A DNA stretch of 64,000 nucleotides from a virus, in the IMG/VR virus record IMGVR_UViG_3300037137_001027, positions 95,508-159,507 of that record. The stretch is one strand, 5' to 3'. This document shows, one piece after another, positions 39,561-49,462 of the stretch. The notes below the pieces were generated by a model. It was not told where the DNA came from, searched no databases, and was given only the letters and a program-made list of their open reading frames with translations. A program made the translations under genes and the position numbers. The first letter of the stretch is position 1, and each line of letters begins with the position of its first letter.

Positions 39561-42500
39561 GTGCCGCGAGGGATACCGAAACCAGTATATCCAATTGCTC
39601 TCGATTCAGATTACACGCTGTTCAACGTAAAAAACAGTACGCAGGCCACTTTGTCCAAAGATTTAGAAAGACTAGACGATTTACTCAACATTGTTCCCCA
39701 AGATGCTAATTCAGTAGAAATATGGCCTGAAAACGGTTTCGTAACCATCGCTGACGAGCTAATTTATTATGATGCAGTGAACTTTGATGAAAATAGAAAA
39801 ATAAATCAGTTAAAAGATTGTATCCGTGGAGTCGAGGGTGAACCACAATCATATTATGAAGGTACAGCAATATACTCAAATGTGGTGGCACAGACCCACA
39901 ACCAATTAGTAGATGCTGTTATAGCAATTGAAGAGGCAATTGGTGATATTAGTGATGTATTAAAGGTAGGACCACAACTTAAAACTCAACAAAGTGTAAG
40001 AAAAAACTTATTGCCCCCACAAATTCAAAAAATGAATGCGTTGGCAGTTAGTCCAGACGCCTTACATGCAGCCCCACTAACTTCATCAATTTCTTCAATG
40101 GTAGGATGCTGCCCACAGGTGGGCGATGACGCCTGCCCCGATGTTGAATTTGAATTCAATAACACAGGTGGTTTAGCCGAATATTGCATACGAATTTTTG
40201 GCAACTATCTTTCTTTTGAACTTGATTTTGGCGACGGCTTCAAAGAAAACACTCAGCTATCTGGAGTTCATCAATACATAAGTGCTGGCCCTTACAATCC
40301 TACTGTAATGGTTGAAGGAGCAACTTGCTGTATAGTACAAAGTCCAACACCACCAAATGAATTCTGCTGCGGTATTAATCTACCAAATCCTTCTGTGCCA
40401 TTTGTGGTTCATATTCCTGACATACCAGCTTTTCCAGAGTTTATAGCTCCAAAACAAATATGCCCTGGACCGTTACTGAACTTGCCACCTATTTTATTGC
40501 CAGAAGTAAACTTATGTCCTTCACAGATATCAATGTCACAAATATCTTGTTGTGTGTCTGTAATTGAAGCGTGTAAAACACCACAGGTTATACAAATAGT
40601 TAGTCCATGCAAAATTAGCGTAATATCATTAGAAGGATGCCATTTGCCTAGCGTTATATCGCTGATTGGCTGTTGTATGCCAAGCATCGTGTCCTTCGAC
40701 GTAGTTATAGATTTGAGTATCGAGCCTGTATGCTTCTGTGAACCACCAAGCTTCGCCCCTATTAGCTTCGAGCCTGTATGCTTCTGTGAACCACCAAGGT
40801 TTGATGTGATTAGCTTCGCACCATTCCCAAGCTTTGACAGAATATCCTTCGACGTAGTTATAGATTTGAGTATCGAGCCTGTATGCTTCTGTGAACCACC
40901 AAGCTTTGGTGTAATTAGCTTCGCACCATTCCCAAATATTAAACCAGTGTCATTTGATGTAGCTATAGATTTAAGCATAGAACCTATATGCTTCTGTCAG
41001 CCGCCAAAATTTGATCCCATATCATTAGACTTAAACATAGACTTAAGCATAGAACCTATATGCTTCTGTGAACCACCAAGCTTTGGTGTAATTAGCTTCG
41101 CACCATTCCCAAATATTAAACCAGTGTCATTCGACGTAGCTATAGACTTAAGTATCGAGCCTGTATGCTTCTGTGAACCACCAAGCTTTGCTCTTATTAG
41201 TTTCGCACCATTCCCAAGCATTCAACCAGTGTCATTTGATGTAGCTATAGATTTAACCATAGAACCTGTATGCTTTTGTGAACCACCAAGCTTTGCTCCT
41301 ATTAGTTTCGCACCATTGCCAGCGTTTGACAGAATATCATTCGACGTAGCTGTAGGATTAAGTTTGGAACCTATATGCTTCTGTGAACCACCAAGCTTTG
41401 GTGTAATTAGCTTTGCGCCATTACCAGTATTTGACAGAATATCATTCGACGTAGCTGTAGGATTAAGCATGGAACCTATTTGCTTCTGTGAACCACCAAG
41501 CTTTCAATGCATAAGTTTCTGTCCAGTGCCAAGTTTTGCACCTATTAGTTTTGCGCCATTACCAGTATTTGACAGAATATCATTCGACGTAGCTGTAGGA
41601 CTAAGTATAGAACCTATTTGTTTTTGCGAACCACCAAAATTTGACTGCGTTAGCTTCTGTAATGTACCAAGTTTCGGCAACATTAGTTTTGGGCCATTAC
41701 CAGTATTTGACAGAATATCATTCGACGTAGCTGTAGGACTAAGTATAGAACCTATTTGTTTTTGCGAACCACCAAAATTTGACTGCATAAGCTTCTGCTC
41801 ATTGCCAAGTTTTGCACCTATTAGTTTTGGGCCATTACCAGTATTTGACAGAATATCATTCGACGTAGCTGTAGGACTAAGTATAGAGCCTATTTGTTTT
41901 TGCGAACCACCGAGTTTCCAGTGCGTTAGCTTCTGTCCACCGCCAGATTTTCATTGTATTAGCTTCTGTCCATCGCCAGTGTTTGCACCTATTAGTTTTG
42001 CTCCATTCCCTGTTATATCTCCTGTTAAGTTTGACGTAATTGTGGATTTGAGTATAGAACCTGTGTGTTTTTGCGAACCACCGAGTTTCCAGTGTATTAG
42101 CTTCTGCCCAGCGCCAGATTTTCATTGTATTAGCTTCTGTCCATCGCCAGTGTTTGCGCCTATTAGTTTTGCTCCATTACCTGTTATATCTCCTGTTAAG
42201 TTTGACGTAATTGTGGATTTGAGTATAGAACCTGTGTGCTTCTGTGAACCACCTAGTTTCCAGTGTATTAGTTTCTGCCCAGCGCCAGATTTTCATTGTA
42301 TTAGCTTCTGTCCACCGCCAATGTTTGCACCTATTAGTTTTGCTCCATTACCAGTGTTTGATAAGATATCTTTGGATGTGGCTGTAAACGTAAAGATAAG
42401 TCCTATCTGTTTTTGCGAGCCGCCTAGCATTAATTGCATTAGTTTTTGTCCATTCCCTATTGTGCCAGCAATTAGTTTTGCTCCATTCCCTGTTATATCT

Positions 42501-43775
42501 CCTGTTAATTTTGACGTAATTGTGGATTTGAGTATAGAACCTGTGTGCTTCTGTGAACCACCGAGTTTCCAGTGCGTTAGCTTCTGTCCACCGCCAGATT
42601 TCCCGTGCGTTAACTTCTGCCCACCGCCAGATTTCCCGTGCGTTAACTTCTGCCCACCGCCAACTTTCCAGTGTATTAGCTTCTGTCCACCGCCAACTTT
42701 CCAGTGTATTAGCTTCTGTCCACCGCCAATGTTTGCGCCTATTAGTTTTGCTCCATTACCTGTTATACCTCCTGTTAAGTTTGACGTAATTGTGGATTTG
42801 AGTATAGAACCTGTGTGCTTCTGTGAGCCGCCTAGCTTTCAGTGTATTAGCTTTTGTACACCACCAACCTTTACTTGTATTAGTTTCTGCGTACCAGAAG
42901 ATTTGTGCATTAGCTTCTGCCCAGCGCCAGATTTGTGCATTAGTTTCTGCACACCGCCAACTTTCCCGTGCGTTAACTTCTGCCCACCGCCAACTTTCCA
43001 GTGTATTAGCTTCTGCCCACCGCCAACTTTCCAGTGTATTAACTTCTGTACGCCGCCAACTTTCCCGTGCATTAGTTTCTGTCCACCACCGAGCTTCCCG
43101 TGCATTAACTTCTGTCCACCACCAGTCATTTCGGTTAATTGGGGTACGCCGCCAGTCGTAACCGTACAGGTTGTATGTCCATCTACTTCAATGGCTTTTG
43201 GGGCTGCACCGCCAATGACTGTCGCTCCAAATAAACGACAAATGACAGAGGAGATTGATGATGATAATTTGGCTATTAATTTAAGTGAATTGTTGCCTTC
43301 TGAAATTAAGTTAATAGTGCCTAAAATTAATGATATAAAGGTAATGCATGATTTGCCCCAAGAAATTTTCTTAAGAGGAAATTTACCAGCGGAAATTAAA
43401 GTTATAGGTCCAAGTCAGCCTATACCAGATACAATCCTTATTCGTGGAGATATTCCAAAGAGCATCGAGATAGTTCATAATCTGCCAGAGAGGATTATCC
43501 TTGATGCGAAAGATGTTCCTCGTAGAATTTTGGTCGAACCAGCACCTAATTTCCCAACTTCTATTAAACTGGAAGTTACAGGGATGCCACAAACTCTCCA
43601 AGTTACGGGCATACCAAAAACCATCGAAATCATCGAAAATATTCCAAGGACTATTCAATTACTAATGCCTGAGAATCCAGAAGTCATCATGCGATGGAAC
43701 GGGGTGCCAGTGGAATTAAAGCCAAGTCCAGATTTAGAAAAATTGTTGACTAACTTAGTTATTCCACAAAGATAA
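39561..43775 (+). CDS. giant Cys/Pro-repeat virion fibre-like protein
   Basis: Shared N-terminal domain, PKD-like DFGDG, then ~830 aa of ISFCPPP/CFCEPP repeats; AAGGAG SD before GTG. Confidence 0.75.
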   Translation: MPRGIPKPVYPIALDSDYTLFNVKNSTQATLSKDLERLDDLLNIVPQDANSVEIWPENGFVTIADELIYYDAVNFDENRKINQLKDCIRGVEGEPQSYYEGTAIYSNVVAQTHNQLVDAVIAIEEAIGDISDVLKVGPQLKTQQSVRKNLLPPQIQKMNALAVSPDALHAAPLTSSISSMVGCCPQVGDDACPDVEFEFNNTGGLAEYCIRIFGNYLSFELDFGDGFKENTQLSGVHQYISAGPYNPTVMVEGATCCIVQSPTPPNEFCCGINLPNPSVPFVVHIPDIPAFPEFIAPKQICPGPLLNLPPILLPEVNLCPSQISMSQISCCVSVIEACKTPQVIQIVSPCKISVISLEGCHLPSVISLIGCCMPSIVSFDVVIDLSIEPVCFCEPPSFAPISFEPVCFCEPPRFDVISFAPFPSFDRISFDVVIDLSIEPVCFCEPPSFGVISFAPFPNIKPVSFDVAIDLSIEPICFCQPPKFDPISLDLNIDLSIEPICFCEPPSFGVISFAPFPNIKPVSFDVAIDLSIEPVCFCEPPSFALISFAPFPSIQPVSFDVAIDLTIEPVCFCEPPSFAPISFAPLPAFDRISFDVAVGLSLEPICFCEPPSFGVISFAPLPVFDRISFDVAVGLSMEPICFCEPPSFQCISFCPVPSFAPISFAPLPVFDRISFDVAVGLSIEPICFCEPPKFDCVSFCNVPSFGNISFGPLPVFDRISFDVAVGLSIEPICFCEPPKFDCISFCSLPSFAPISFGPLPVFDRISFDVAVGLSIEPICFCEPPSFQCVSFCPPPDFHCISFCPSPVFAPISFAPFPVISPVKFDVIVDLSIEPVCFCEPPSFQCISFCPAPDFHCISFCPSPVFAPISFAPLPVISPVKFDVIVDLSIEPVCFCEPPSFQCISFCPAPDFHCISFCPPPMFAPISFAPLPVFDKISLDVAVNVKISPICFCEPPSINCISFCPFPIVPAISFAPFPVISPVNFDVIVDLSIEPVCFCEPPSFQCVSFCPPPDFPCVNFCPPPDFPCVNFCPPPTFQCISFCPPPTFQCISFCPPPMFAPISFAPLPVIPPVKFDVIVDLSIEPVCFCEPPSFQCISFCTPPTFTCISFCVPEDLCISFCPAPDLCISFCTPPTFPCVNFCPPPTFQCISFCPPPTFQCINFCTPPTFPCISFCPPPSFPCINFCPPPVISVNWGTPPVVTVQVVCPSTSMAFGAAPPMTVAPNKRQMTEEIDDDNLAINLSELLPSEIKLIVPKINDIKVMHDLPQEIFLRGNLPAEIKVIGPSQPIPDTILIRGDIPKSIEIVHNLPERIILDAKDVPRRILVEPAPNFPTSIKLEVTGMPQTLQVTGIPKTIEIIENIPRTIQLLMPENPEVIMRWNGVPVELKPSPDLEKLLTNLVIPQR
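40690..43170 (+). repeat. nested 33/39-bp coding tandem repeats
   Basis: Units such as VCFCEPPSFxx, ISFAPxPxFxx, ISFDVxxxLSIEP, ISFCPPPxFxC. Confidence 0.9.
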
Positions 43776-43776
43776 T

Positions 43777-44604
43777 ATGCTAATTAAAAATCACATAAAC
43801 AAGAATGAATATTGTTTGTCAAGAAGCGGTCATTGGGTTAGAAATTTTACCAAACCTATAATTAAGCCCATTGACATAAATGACATTACGCCTTTAGAAG
43901 ATATTAAGCTCATTGTAGAGAATGAATTCAAAAACAGTCTCAAAAAGTATCCACCTTGGGAAGAAGGTTCGCATGAAAAAGCAGTCATAATAGGTGATGG
44001 TTACGGGTTTGACGAAAGTTTGAAAGCCATTGAAGAACTGCCATCGGATGTAGTAATCATTGGGGTCAATAAAGCATTTGCCAAATGGCAAAGTCAGCGA
44101 AGGTTGAATTATTATGTAGTAAACAACCCATACCAGGAATGTTTATATTATTATCCGCAGATAATTAGGTCTTGGCCAAAATGCATTGCTTCTACAAGAA
44201 CTTTTGCCCATTTTCTAGAAGTTTATAAAGGTTCATTAAACACTTACTCACCTACGGCTGGTGACTTTTATAACGGTCCATTCTTGGACCAAAGTAATTT
44301 TATTGATGATTATAGAAATCCAGTATGTGCTGCCGTAGGGATATCTTATAAACTTAATGTAAAGAAATTAGCCCTTATGTCAACTTTAGAAATGTACAAT
44401 GATGAGCGGCCTGGAGTGGATAAAATAAGGGATGGATTATGGATTTATCCACAACAAAAGGTAGCACACAACTTAATTGACGCTAATTTATATTGGATGC
44501 AAAAAGCAAAAATTAATGTAGCTTACACTAACCACGATCCAGTTTATGAATTTGCTACATATATAAAATTAGATGATTTGAAAAGGTTTTTCAATGATGG
44601 ATAA
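43777..44604 (+). CDS. Maf/DUF115-type glycosyltransferase-like Rossmann protein
   Basis: AVIIGDGYG...IIGVN.A...YYVV.NP...A..++..L..KK. Confidence 0.55.
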   Translation: MLIKNHINKNEYCLSRSGHWVRNFTKPIIKPIDINDITPLEDIKLIVENEFKNSLKKYPPWEEGSHEKAVIIGDGYGFDESLKAIEELPSDVVIIGVNKAFAKWQSQRRLNYYVVNNPYQECLYYYPQIIRSWPKCIASTRTFAHFLEVYKGSLNTYSPTAGDFYNGPFLDQSNFIDDYRNPVCAAVGISYKLNVKKLALMSTLEMYNDERPGVDKIRDGLWIYPQQKVAHNLIDANLYWMQKAKINVAYTNHDPVYEFATYIKLDDLKRFFNDG

Positions 44605-44917
44605 AAATAATAGGAAGGAACCTAATTTTTCACTAAATGATTTTAGAAAGTGGATGAGCAAACAAAAAAAGTTTGAGTCTCGTAAGCCGAAGTACCGTGG
44701 ATGCATTGTTGAATCAAAAGTAAGTTTTAAAAGACTTATCACTAAGATGGACGTTGACCAAGGTGATCTTCAAGAAATGGCGAAGGACTTCAAGCGTAGA
44801 GGTGGGACCATCCTAGAGTGTGACGGAGATAATATATTGCTGGTCGAAGTTAAATCAGGGACATTCCGAATACCTAAATTCTTCGTAAATATACTTAGCT
44901 CATACGGCGAGTCATAA
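44594..44917 (+). CDS. hypothetical protein
   Basis: FSLNDFRKWM...FES motif. Confidence 0.6.
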   Translation: MMDKNNRKEPNFSLNDFRKWMSKQKKFESRKPKYRGCIVESKVSFKRLITKMDVDQGDLQEMAKDFKRRGGTILECDGDNILLVEVKSGTFRIPKFFVNILSSYGES

Positions 44918-45251
44918 CCTTATTTTTATTGAGTTTTACTGCTGTAGCCTTCGGAAGTTCCGTTGCTTTAAAGTTAAAGATAGGGGTATTTGACGGTGGT
45001 GCATTGATCCCCCGCTTAATCAATTTTTCTTTTAAGTCTTGGTAGTTCTCGGCACTTTCTATCCAGGGTTCCCACTCCAGAAGATAACCAGAAACAATCA
45101 TCTTCAATTCGTCTCTATCCCCTGCTGACAAGCCCAAGTGACCAATTTCATTCAGCCTTGATGCATGAATTTGTTGAGAACTAAGAATCGTTCCAATGAT
45201 TCTTACGTCACTCTTATTCCTTCTTGTCAGGTAAATGTAAACGTTGCCCAT
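44895..45251 (-). CDS. hypothetical protein
   Basis: GGAG SD; ORF. Confidence 0.6.
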   Translation of the reverse strand: MGNVYIYLTRRNKSDVRIIGTILSSQQIHASRLNEIGHLGLSAGDRDELKMIVSGYLLEWEPWIESAENYQDLKEKLIKRGINAPPSNTPIFNFKATELPKATAVKLNKNKVMTRRMS

Positions 45252-45384
45252 TTTTTTTCTCCAAAATAACCTTAAATAAAATCTCTAGTACCATTTTACT
45301 ATGATAATCAAAAGGCTCAAGCTGTTTAAATAAACAACCAAAGCTTTCATGTACTAATTTAGTTTTTTCCTGAGATTCTGTCAT
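45214..45384 (-). CDS. small hypothetical protein
   Basis: MTESQEK start with AAAGG SD. Confidence 0.4.
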   Translation of the reverse strand: MTESQEKTKLVHESFGCLFKQLEPFDYHSKMVLEILFKVILEKKNGQRLHLPDKKE

Positions 45385-45697
45385 GACAATACCTTTCAAC
45401 AAATATCTAGAGATCAAGGATAACTATTGCCTGTCATATTTTGGTGAAGATAAAGACATTATAGCAGAAATCCTATGGGCTAGAATGTATATCGAGAAGG
45501 AATTAAAAGGGATAAAAGTGTTCATTGCTTGCAATGATGCCTTTAAAAATGAAATGCATGGCAAGAGAAACATAATTTTAGAGTCAAAAATGGGTAATTA
45601 TGCAGGAAAAATGGCTCATACTTGTAATTTGGAAAAAAAAGATGACTTAAAAGCACTTTTAGTGAATGCAAAAATACCAATTCCTGAAAATTTTTAA
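45383..45697 (+). CDS. hypothetical protein
   Basis: ORF only. Confidence 0.5.
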   Translation: MTIPFNKYLEIKDNYCLSYFGEDKDIIAEILWARMYIEKELKGIKVFIACNDAFKNEMHGKRNIILESKMGNYAGKMAHTCNLEKKDDLKALLVNAKIPIPENF

Positions 45698-45757
45698 ACA
45701 ACAGTTCTATATACACTCAGACAGATGGACCAAACTCAAACAAGGAGTTAGTTTAAG

Positions 45758-46360
45758 ATGAGTGTTTTTAAAGTACATTTGAATTACCCAGGCAAGCAGG
45801 GTTATCTAGATTTTAACCCAGCGACAGCATCCCCAGGTTTTTTGGGCAATCAGATGCAGCCTTCAAAACAGCGCACTATGTTTTGTACTGGCCCGAATCG
45901 TATCTATCGTGAATTATTTGACGGCCAGGTATTCACAGACTGCAACTATTGGAAGCGTTTTGCTTTCCCACAGGTTCCTCAGGAAACCGCTTTCATCGAA
46001 ACTTTAGTAGATGATGGTAGTATTTTCTCGGATATCCCAGGTGAAAACACCTTCCCGAAGATTTTCTATCCATATACCGTTCTTGCAGTCGATACATTTG
46101 CAACCAACTTTATCGACATTGTTGGAACATATGGTGCAGCAGCAACCTTCGTACAGATGACCAATTTGGGTACTGTTCCTAACCAGAACATTACTGTTGA
46201 GCTAAACGGCGACGTTGGCGCAGTTATGTTGTTAGCCGCAGGCGATACTCAGGTCTTCAATGCAGGCGACTTGGCAGTAACCAAGCTTGCATTTGACGGC
46301 ACAGTAACAAACACAACCCTACAGATCATTCTAGGTCTAACGGTTCAGTGCAACAGCTAA
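45758..46360 (+). CDS. putative abundant virion protein
   Basis: Own TATATA box, AAGGAG SD, terminator; beta-rich. Confidence 0.55.
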   Translation: MSVFKVHLNYPGKQGYLDFNPATASPGFLGNQMQPSKQRTMFCTGPNRIYRELFDGQVFTDCNYWKRFAFPQVPQETAFIETLVDDGSIFSDIPGENTFPKIFYPYTVLAVDTFATNFIDIVGTYGAAATFVQMTNLGTVPNQNITVELNGDVGAVMLLAAGDTQVFNAGDLAVTKLAFDGTVTNTTLQIILGLTVQCNS

Positions 46361-46382
46361 TAAGGATTATATCCTTAAAGAG

Positions 46383-46413
46383 AGGCCGCTCTTTTGAGCG
46401 GCCTTTTTCTTTT
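46383..46413 (+). terminator. intrinsic terminator
   Basis: AGGCCGCTC-TTTT-GAGCGGCCT then T-rich tract. Confidence 0.9.
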
Positions 46414-46429
46414 ATTACTATATTAATTC

Positions 46430-47455
46430 ATGATACTAGGACTCAAAAAGAAACAAAAACCGCTTGAACCCACTCTAAGGGATTTCTACGACAAGAGAAA
46501 CAAAGTGGTAGTAATTCGCAATTCAAGGGGCATTGGTGACATTCTCAATTGCAGGATGCTGTTTAAAAATTTCAAAAACTTACATCCAGACCTACATCTA
46601 ACATTTGCATGTTTTGAGGAGTATGCAGAGTTACTTAAAAATCATCCGTATCTTGATGCTGTGGTTGATGTGGAAAAACTAAACAAAAATGATTATATGA
46701 CTTCTTACGATATTAGCAATTGCTGTATCAAATATGAGTCCCGTGAAATGAGCAAAAACACCAAGCACCGTGCCGAAATTTGGGCAGAGTATTGTGGTAT
46801 TAAACTATTAGATTACGACATGCATCTTCCTTACATCGGCAACGATAAAATAATGGATGGTATTTTAGCATTACGAGAGTTAAGAAATAGGTCTTTATTA
46901 CAGTACAACAAGAATGGTCGAAGTGTGTTTTTCTCTCCATTTGCATATGAAAAATTAAGGTCTTTAACTCTGGAGCAAATTAATGAAACTGTCAAAATGT
47001 TGAGACGTAAGGGTTTGTTTGTTTATTCTGCCCACAATGAGCCTCTAGAAGCATTAAGCAGCCTGGAAGTACCTGTGTTGATTGGAAAAACGATAACAGA
47101 TTGGATGAGTTATATCCATGCCGCAGATTATGTTGTTACGGTTGATACTTCTAACTTTCATTACGCGGGGGCGATAAATAAACCACTTACAGGTATTTTT
47201 ACTCATGTTGACGGTAAATTAAGAGGTAAGTTTTATGACTTTATCCTTGTTCAAAAACACAGAGATAATGGTGATTGGCCCTGTGGTGGACCTTGCTATA
47301 ACTATCTTTATTGTACCCATCCAAAGTGCGATGCTCCTGTTACGGGGCCAAATAACCAAAGAACTCCATTGGGTTTACGACCATGCGTTACTGAATTAAC
47401 ATTGACTGAAATAGAGACAGGAGTTGATAAAATGCTCTCAAAGTGGGCTATATAA
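46430..47455 (+). CDS. glycosyltransferase family 9 (heptosyltransferase-like)
   Basis: RGIGDIL, LL..HPY.D, AD.VVTVDTS..H.AGA..KP. Confidence 0.85.
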   Translation: MILGLKKKQKPLEPTLRDFYDKRNKVVVIRNSRGIGDILNCRMLFKNFKNLHPDLHLTFACFEEYAELLKNHPYLDAVVDVEKLNKNDYMTSYDISNCCIKYESREMSKNTKHRAEIWAEYCGIKLLDYDMHLPYIGNDKIMDGILALRELRNRSLLQYNKNGRSVFFSPFAYEKLRSLTLEQINETVKMLRRKGLFVYSAHNEPLEALSSLEVPVLIGKTITDWMSYIHAADYVVTVDTSNFHYAGAINKPLTGIFTHVDGKLRGKFYDFILVQKHRDNGDWPCGGPCYNYLYCTHPKCDAPVTGPNNQRTPLGLRPCVTELTLTEIETGVDKMLSKWAI

Positions 47456-47461
47456 TAAGTT

Positions 47462-47692
47462 ATGGCAGATTTAATTAGGCCCACAAAAGTCCAGGTAGTA
47501 ACAAAAGAAGGTGAATGTCAGTTAAATATAACAATAGACCTGAACATTAACCTGAATACTGGTACTGTAGATATACAATCTAGCAAAGCTAACAAAATAG
47601 TGGAGAAAGAAGACGATGATAAAGCAGTTTGGGCCATACCGACATTTGAATCGAAAGATAAAGTGAAGTTTGGCAAAAAGAAAGAGGAATAA
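47462..47692 (+). CDS. small protein co-transcribed with actin-like gene
   Basis: TATATA box; 2-nt gap to next ATG. Confidence 0.6.
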   Translation: MADLIRPTKVQVVTKEGECQLNITIDLNINLNTGTVDIQSSKANKIVEKEDDDKAVWAIPTFESKDKVKFGKKKEE

Positions 47693-47694
47693 TT

Positions 47695-48705
47695 ATGGCA
47701 ATCGGTTTTGATGCTGGAACATATAATCTTGTGTGCTGTACAAGAGACGACAAGAAAGATTTTGTTTATGACCGAGAAGTGAATGCCTTTCTTGAAATAG
47801 CCCTAGAGGATCGGCTCGTTTTTCAAATGATGAAGACGGTTGGGGTGCCTTTGATTGAGCGATCAAATAAAGCCTACGCTCTTGGGGAAAAGGCCGTTCG
47901 AATGGCTTATACATTGGCTCAGTTAGAACTAAAACGTCCGATGAAGGATGGCTGTGTAAATTCAAAAGAACGCGATGCTTACGAAGTTATGAGTATTATG
48001 TTACACAGCTTGTTAGAAGGCAATGTCAAGAGTAATAATGATATTCTTTATTTCAGTGTGCCAGCCAACGCGATTAATGAAGAAACGGATGCAGAATTCC
48101 ATACCAATATATTAGACTCCATTTTCAAAGCATATGAATCTGATGAAGGTTACAAAGTCAAAGCATTCCCAATCAACGAAGGTTTGGCTTTGGTCTACGC
48201 TGAATTAAAAGCCGATAATTACACTGGCATTGGTATTTCTTTTGGTGCGGGCATGGTTAATTTATGCTTTGCTATGTTTGGTGTACCAGTTTTTACCTTC
48301 GCCATTGTCAATAGTGGTGACTGGATTGACAAAATGGCAGCTAAGGCTACAGGCGAGAGTATTACTTTCATCAACCAGGAAAAAACTAAAGTTAATCTAA
48401 GTTCTAATCCTGCTAACATTATTGAAAGAGCAATTCAAACGCAGTATCGAATTATGGTTGAAAAGACCGTAACGGTAATCAAGAAGGGTTTAAGTGAAGC
48501 TGGGAAAAAGGCTCGTTCCGACAAACCTGTTGATATTGTTATTGCGGGCGGCACATCACTTCCTGTGGGTTTTGACACCCTATTCCGAGATGTTATCAAG
48601 CAAACAGAACTACCAATTCAGGTCGGGAAAATTGTCCGTCCAGATGACCCATTGTTCAGCGTTGCTAGAGGATGTTTAGTGGCAGCAGAAAATTCTCTGC
48701 AATAA
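47695..48705 (+). CDS. actin-fold ATPase (MreB/ParM/FtsA superfamily)
   Basis: IGFDAGT, SVPA, INEGLA, GISFGAG, GDWID, IAGGTS, ARG. Confidence 0.85.
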   Translation: MAIGFDAGTYNLVCCTRDDKKDFVYDREVNAFLEIALEDRLVFQMMKTVGVPLIERSNKAYALGEKAVRMAYTLAQLELKRPMKDGCVNSKERDAYEVMSIMLHSLLEGNVKSNNDILYFSVPANAINEETDAEFHTNILDSIFKAYESDEGYKVKAFPINEGLALVYAELKADNYTGIGISFGAGMVNLCFAMFGVPVFTFAIVNSGDWIDKMAAKATGESITFINQEKTKVNLSSNPANIIERAIQTQYRIMVEKTVTVIKKGLSEAGKKARSDKPVDIVIAGGTSLPVGFDTLFRDVIKQTELPIQVGKIVRPDDPLFSVARGCLVAAENSLQ

Positions 48706-48753
48706 ATGGTAAAAATTAATAAAAATTACATAGTCAATCATAAATAAAATTGA

Positions 48754-48831
48754 AAGTCCTTATAGTTGTTCAGGTTGTATGGAATGATTCCATTATATTT
48801 GGGCCTCGTTGCTAGACGAAGTAAGGCATTT
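48754..48831 (+). ncRNA. candidate structured 5' leader RNA (three-way junction)
   Basis: Three hand-folded helices between a TAAATA box (48741) and the SD of the gene at 48852. Confidence 0.4.
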
Positions 48832-48851
48832 TGTTAATTAGAAAGGTGAAA

Positions 48852-49454
48852 ATGAGAGACTATGATGATGATGTAGCAATACATCCTACGGAAGAACCCG
48901 ATGTGGTTGCTTTAGGCGACCAGGACGTGGAAGAAGTTAAAGACATTATCTCTAAGGCTGACAAAGCCAGAGAAGAATGGCGTAAGAAGAAGCATCAAGA
49001 GACACTGGATCACATTCAGGGTGCTTGTGGGTTAAAAGGCAAAGACCCCAGACTCACTTTCTCTGATGAATCGAGTGATTGTTGCCAGCCAGATTTAAGC
49101 ACAGCAAGAGGAAATTGTGGTTTTCGCAGGGATGTTGATGAATTCGCATTATGGCGAAGACTAGCCGATATTAAAGTTGGCGATCCGACTTTAGAACCGC
49201 AAATTTTCTGTCCAACCAAAGACTTAATGGATTACATTCTCCTTAAACTCAATAGGTCTTTCCCTAAATTAGAGCTAGCTTGGAGCGACGAATCTTGGAA
49301 TCCTTGTCTAAAAATCAATGGATGTCCAACCAAGATTAGTATGGAAAAGATAGCTTTGGCATATCAAGGTTTATTAAATATTGCAGAAGAATTAAACGTG
49401 CAAGCTGTAATTTGTAATATTGTTACTAAAAAACTTAAAGAGTTATTCATTTAA
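48852..49454 (+). CDS. hypothetical protein
   Basis: AAAGGTG SD; monocistronic between promoter box and terminator. Confidence 0.65.
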   Translation: MRDYDDDVAIHPTEEPDVVALGDQDVEEVKDIISKADKAREEWRKKKHQETLDHIQGACGLKGKDPRLTFSDESSDCCQPDLSTARGNCGFRRDVDEFALWRRLADIKVGDPTLEPQIFCPTKDLMDYILLKLNRSFPKLELAWSDESWNPCLKINGCPTKISMEKIALAYQGLLNIAEELNVQAVICNIVTKKLKELFI

Positions 49455-49462
49455 GTGTGGAT

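Noticed and set aside
40409-43161. Antisense and alternate-frame ORFs in the Cys/Pro repeat
   Set aside because: Stop-poor shadows of the repeat; no SD or independent features
40690-43170. Diversity-generating retroelement template/variable repeats
   Set aside because: No reverse transcriptase in the window; differences between copies do not appear adenine-specific
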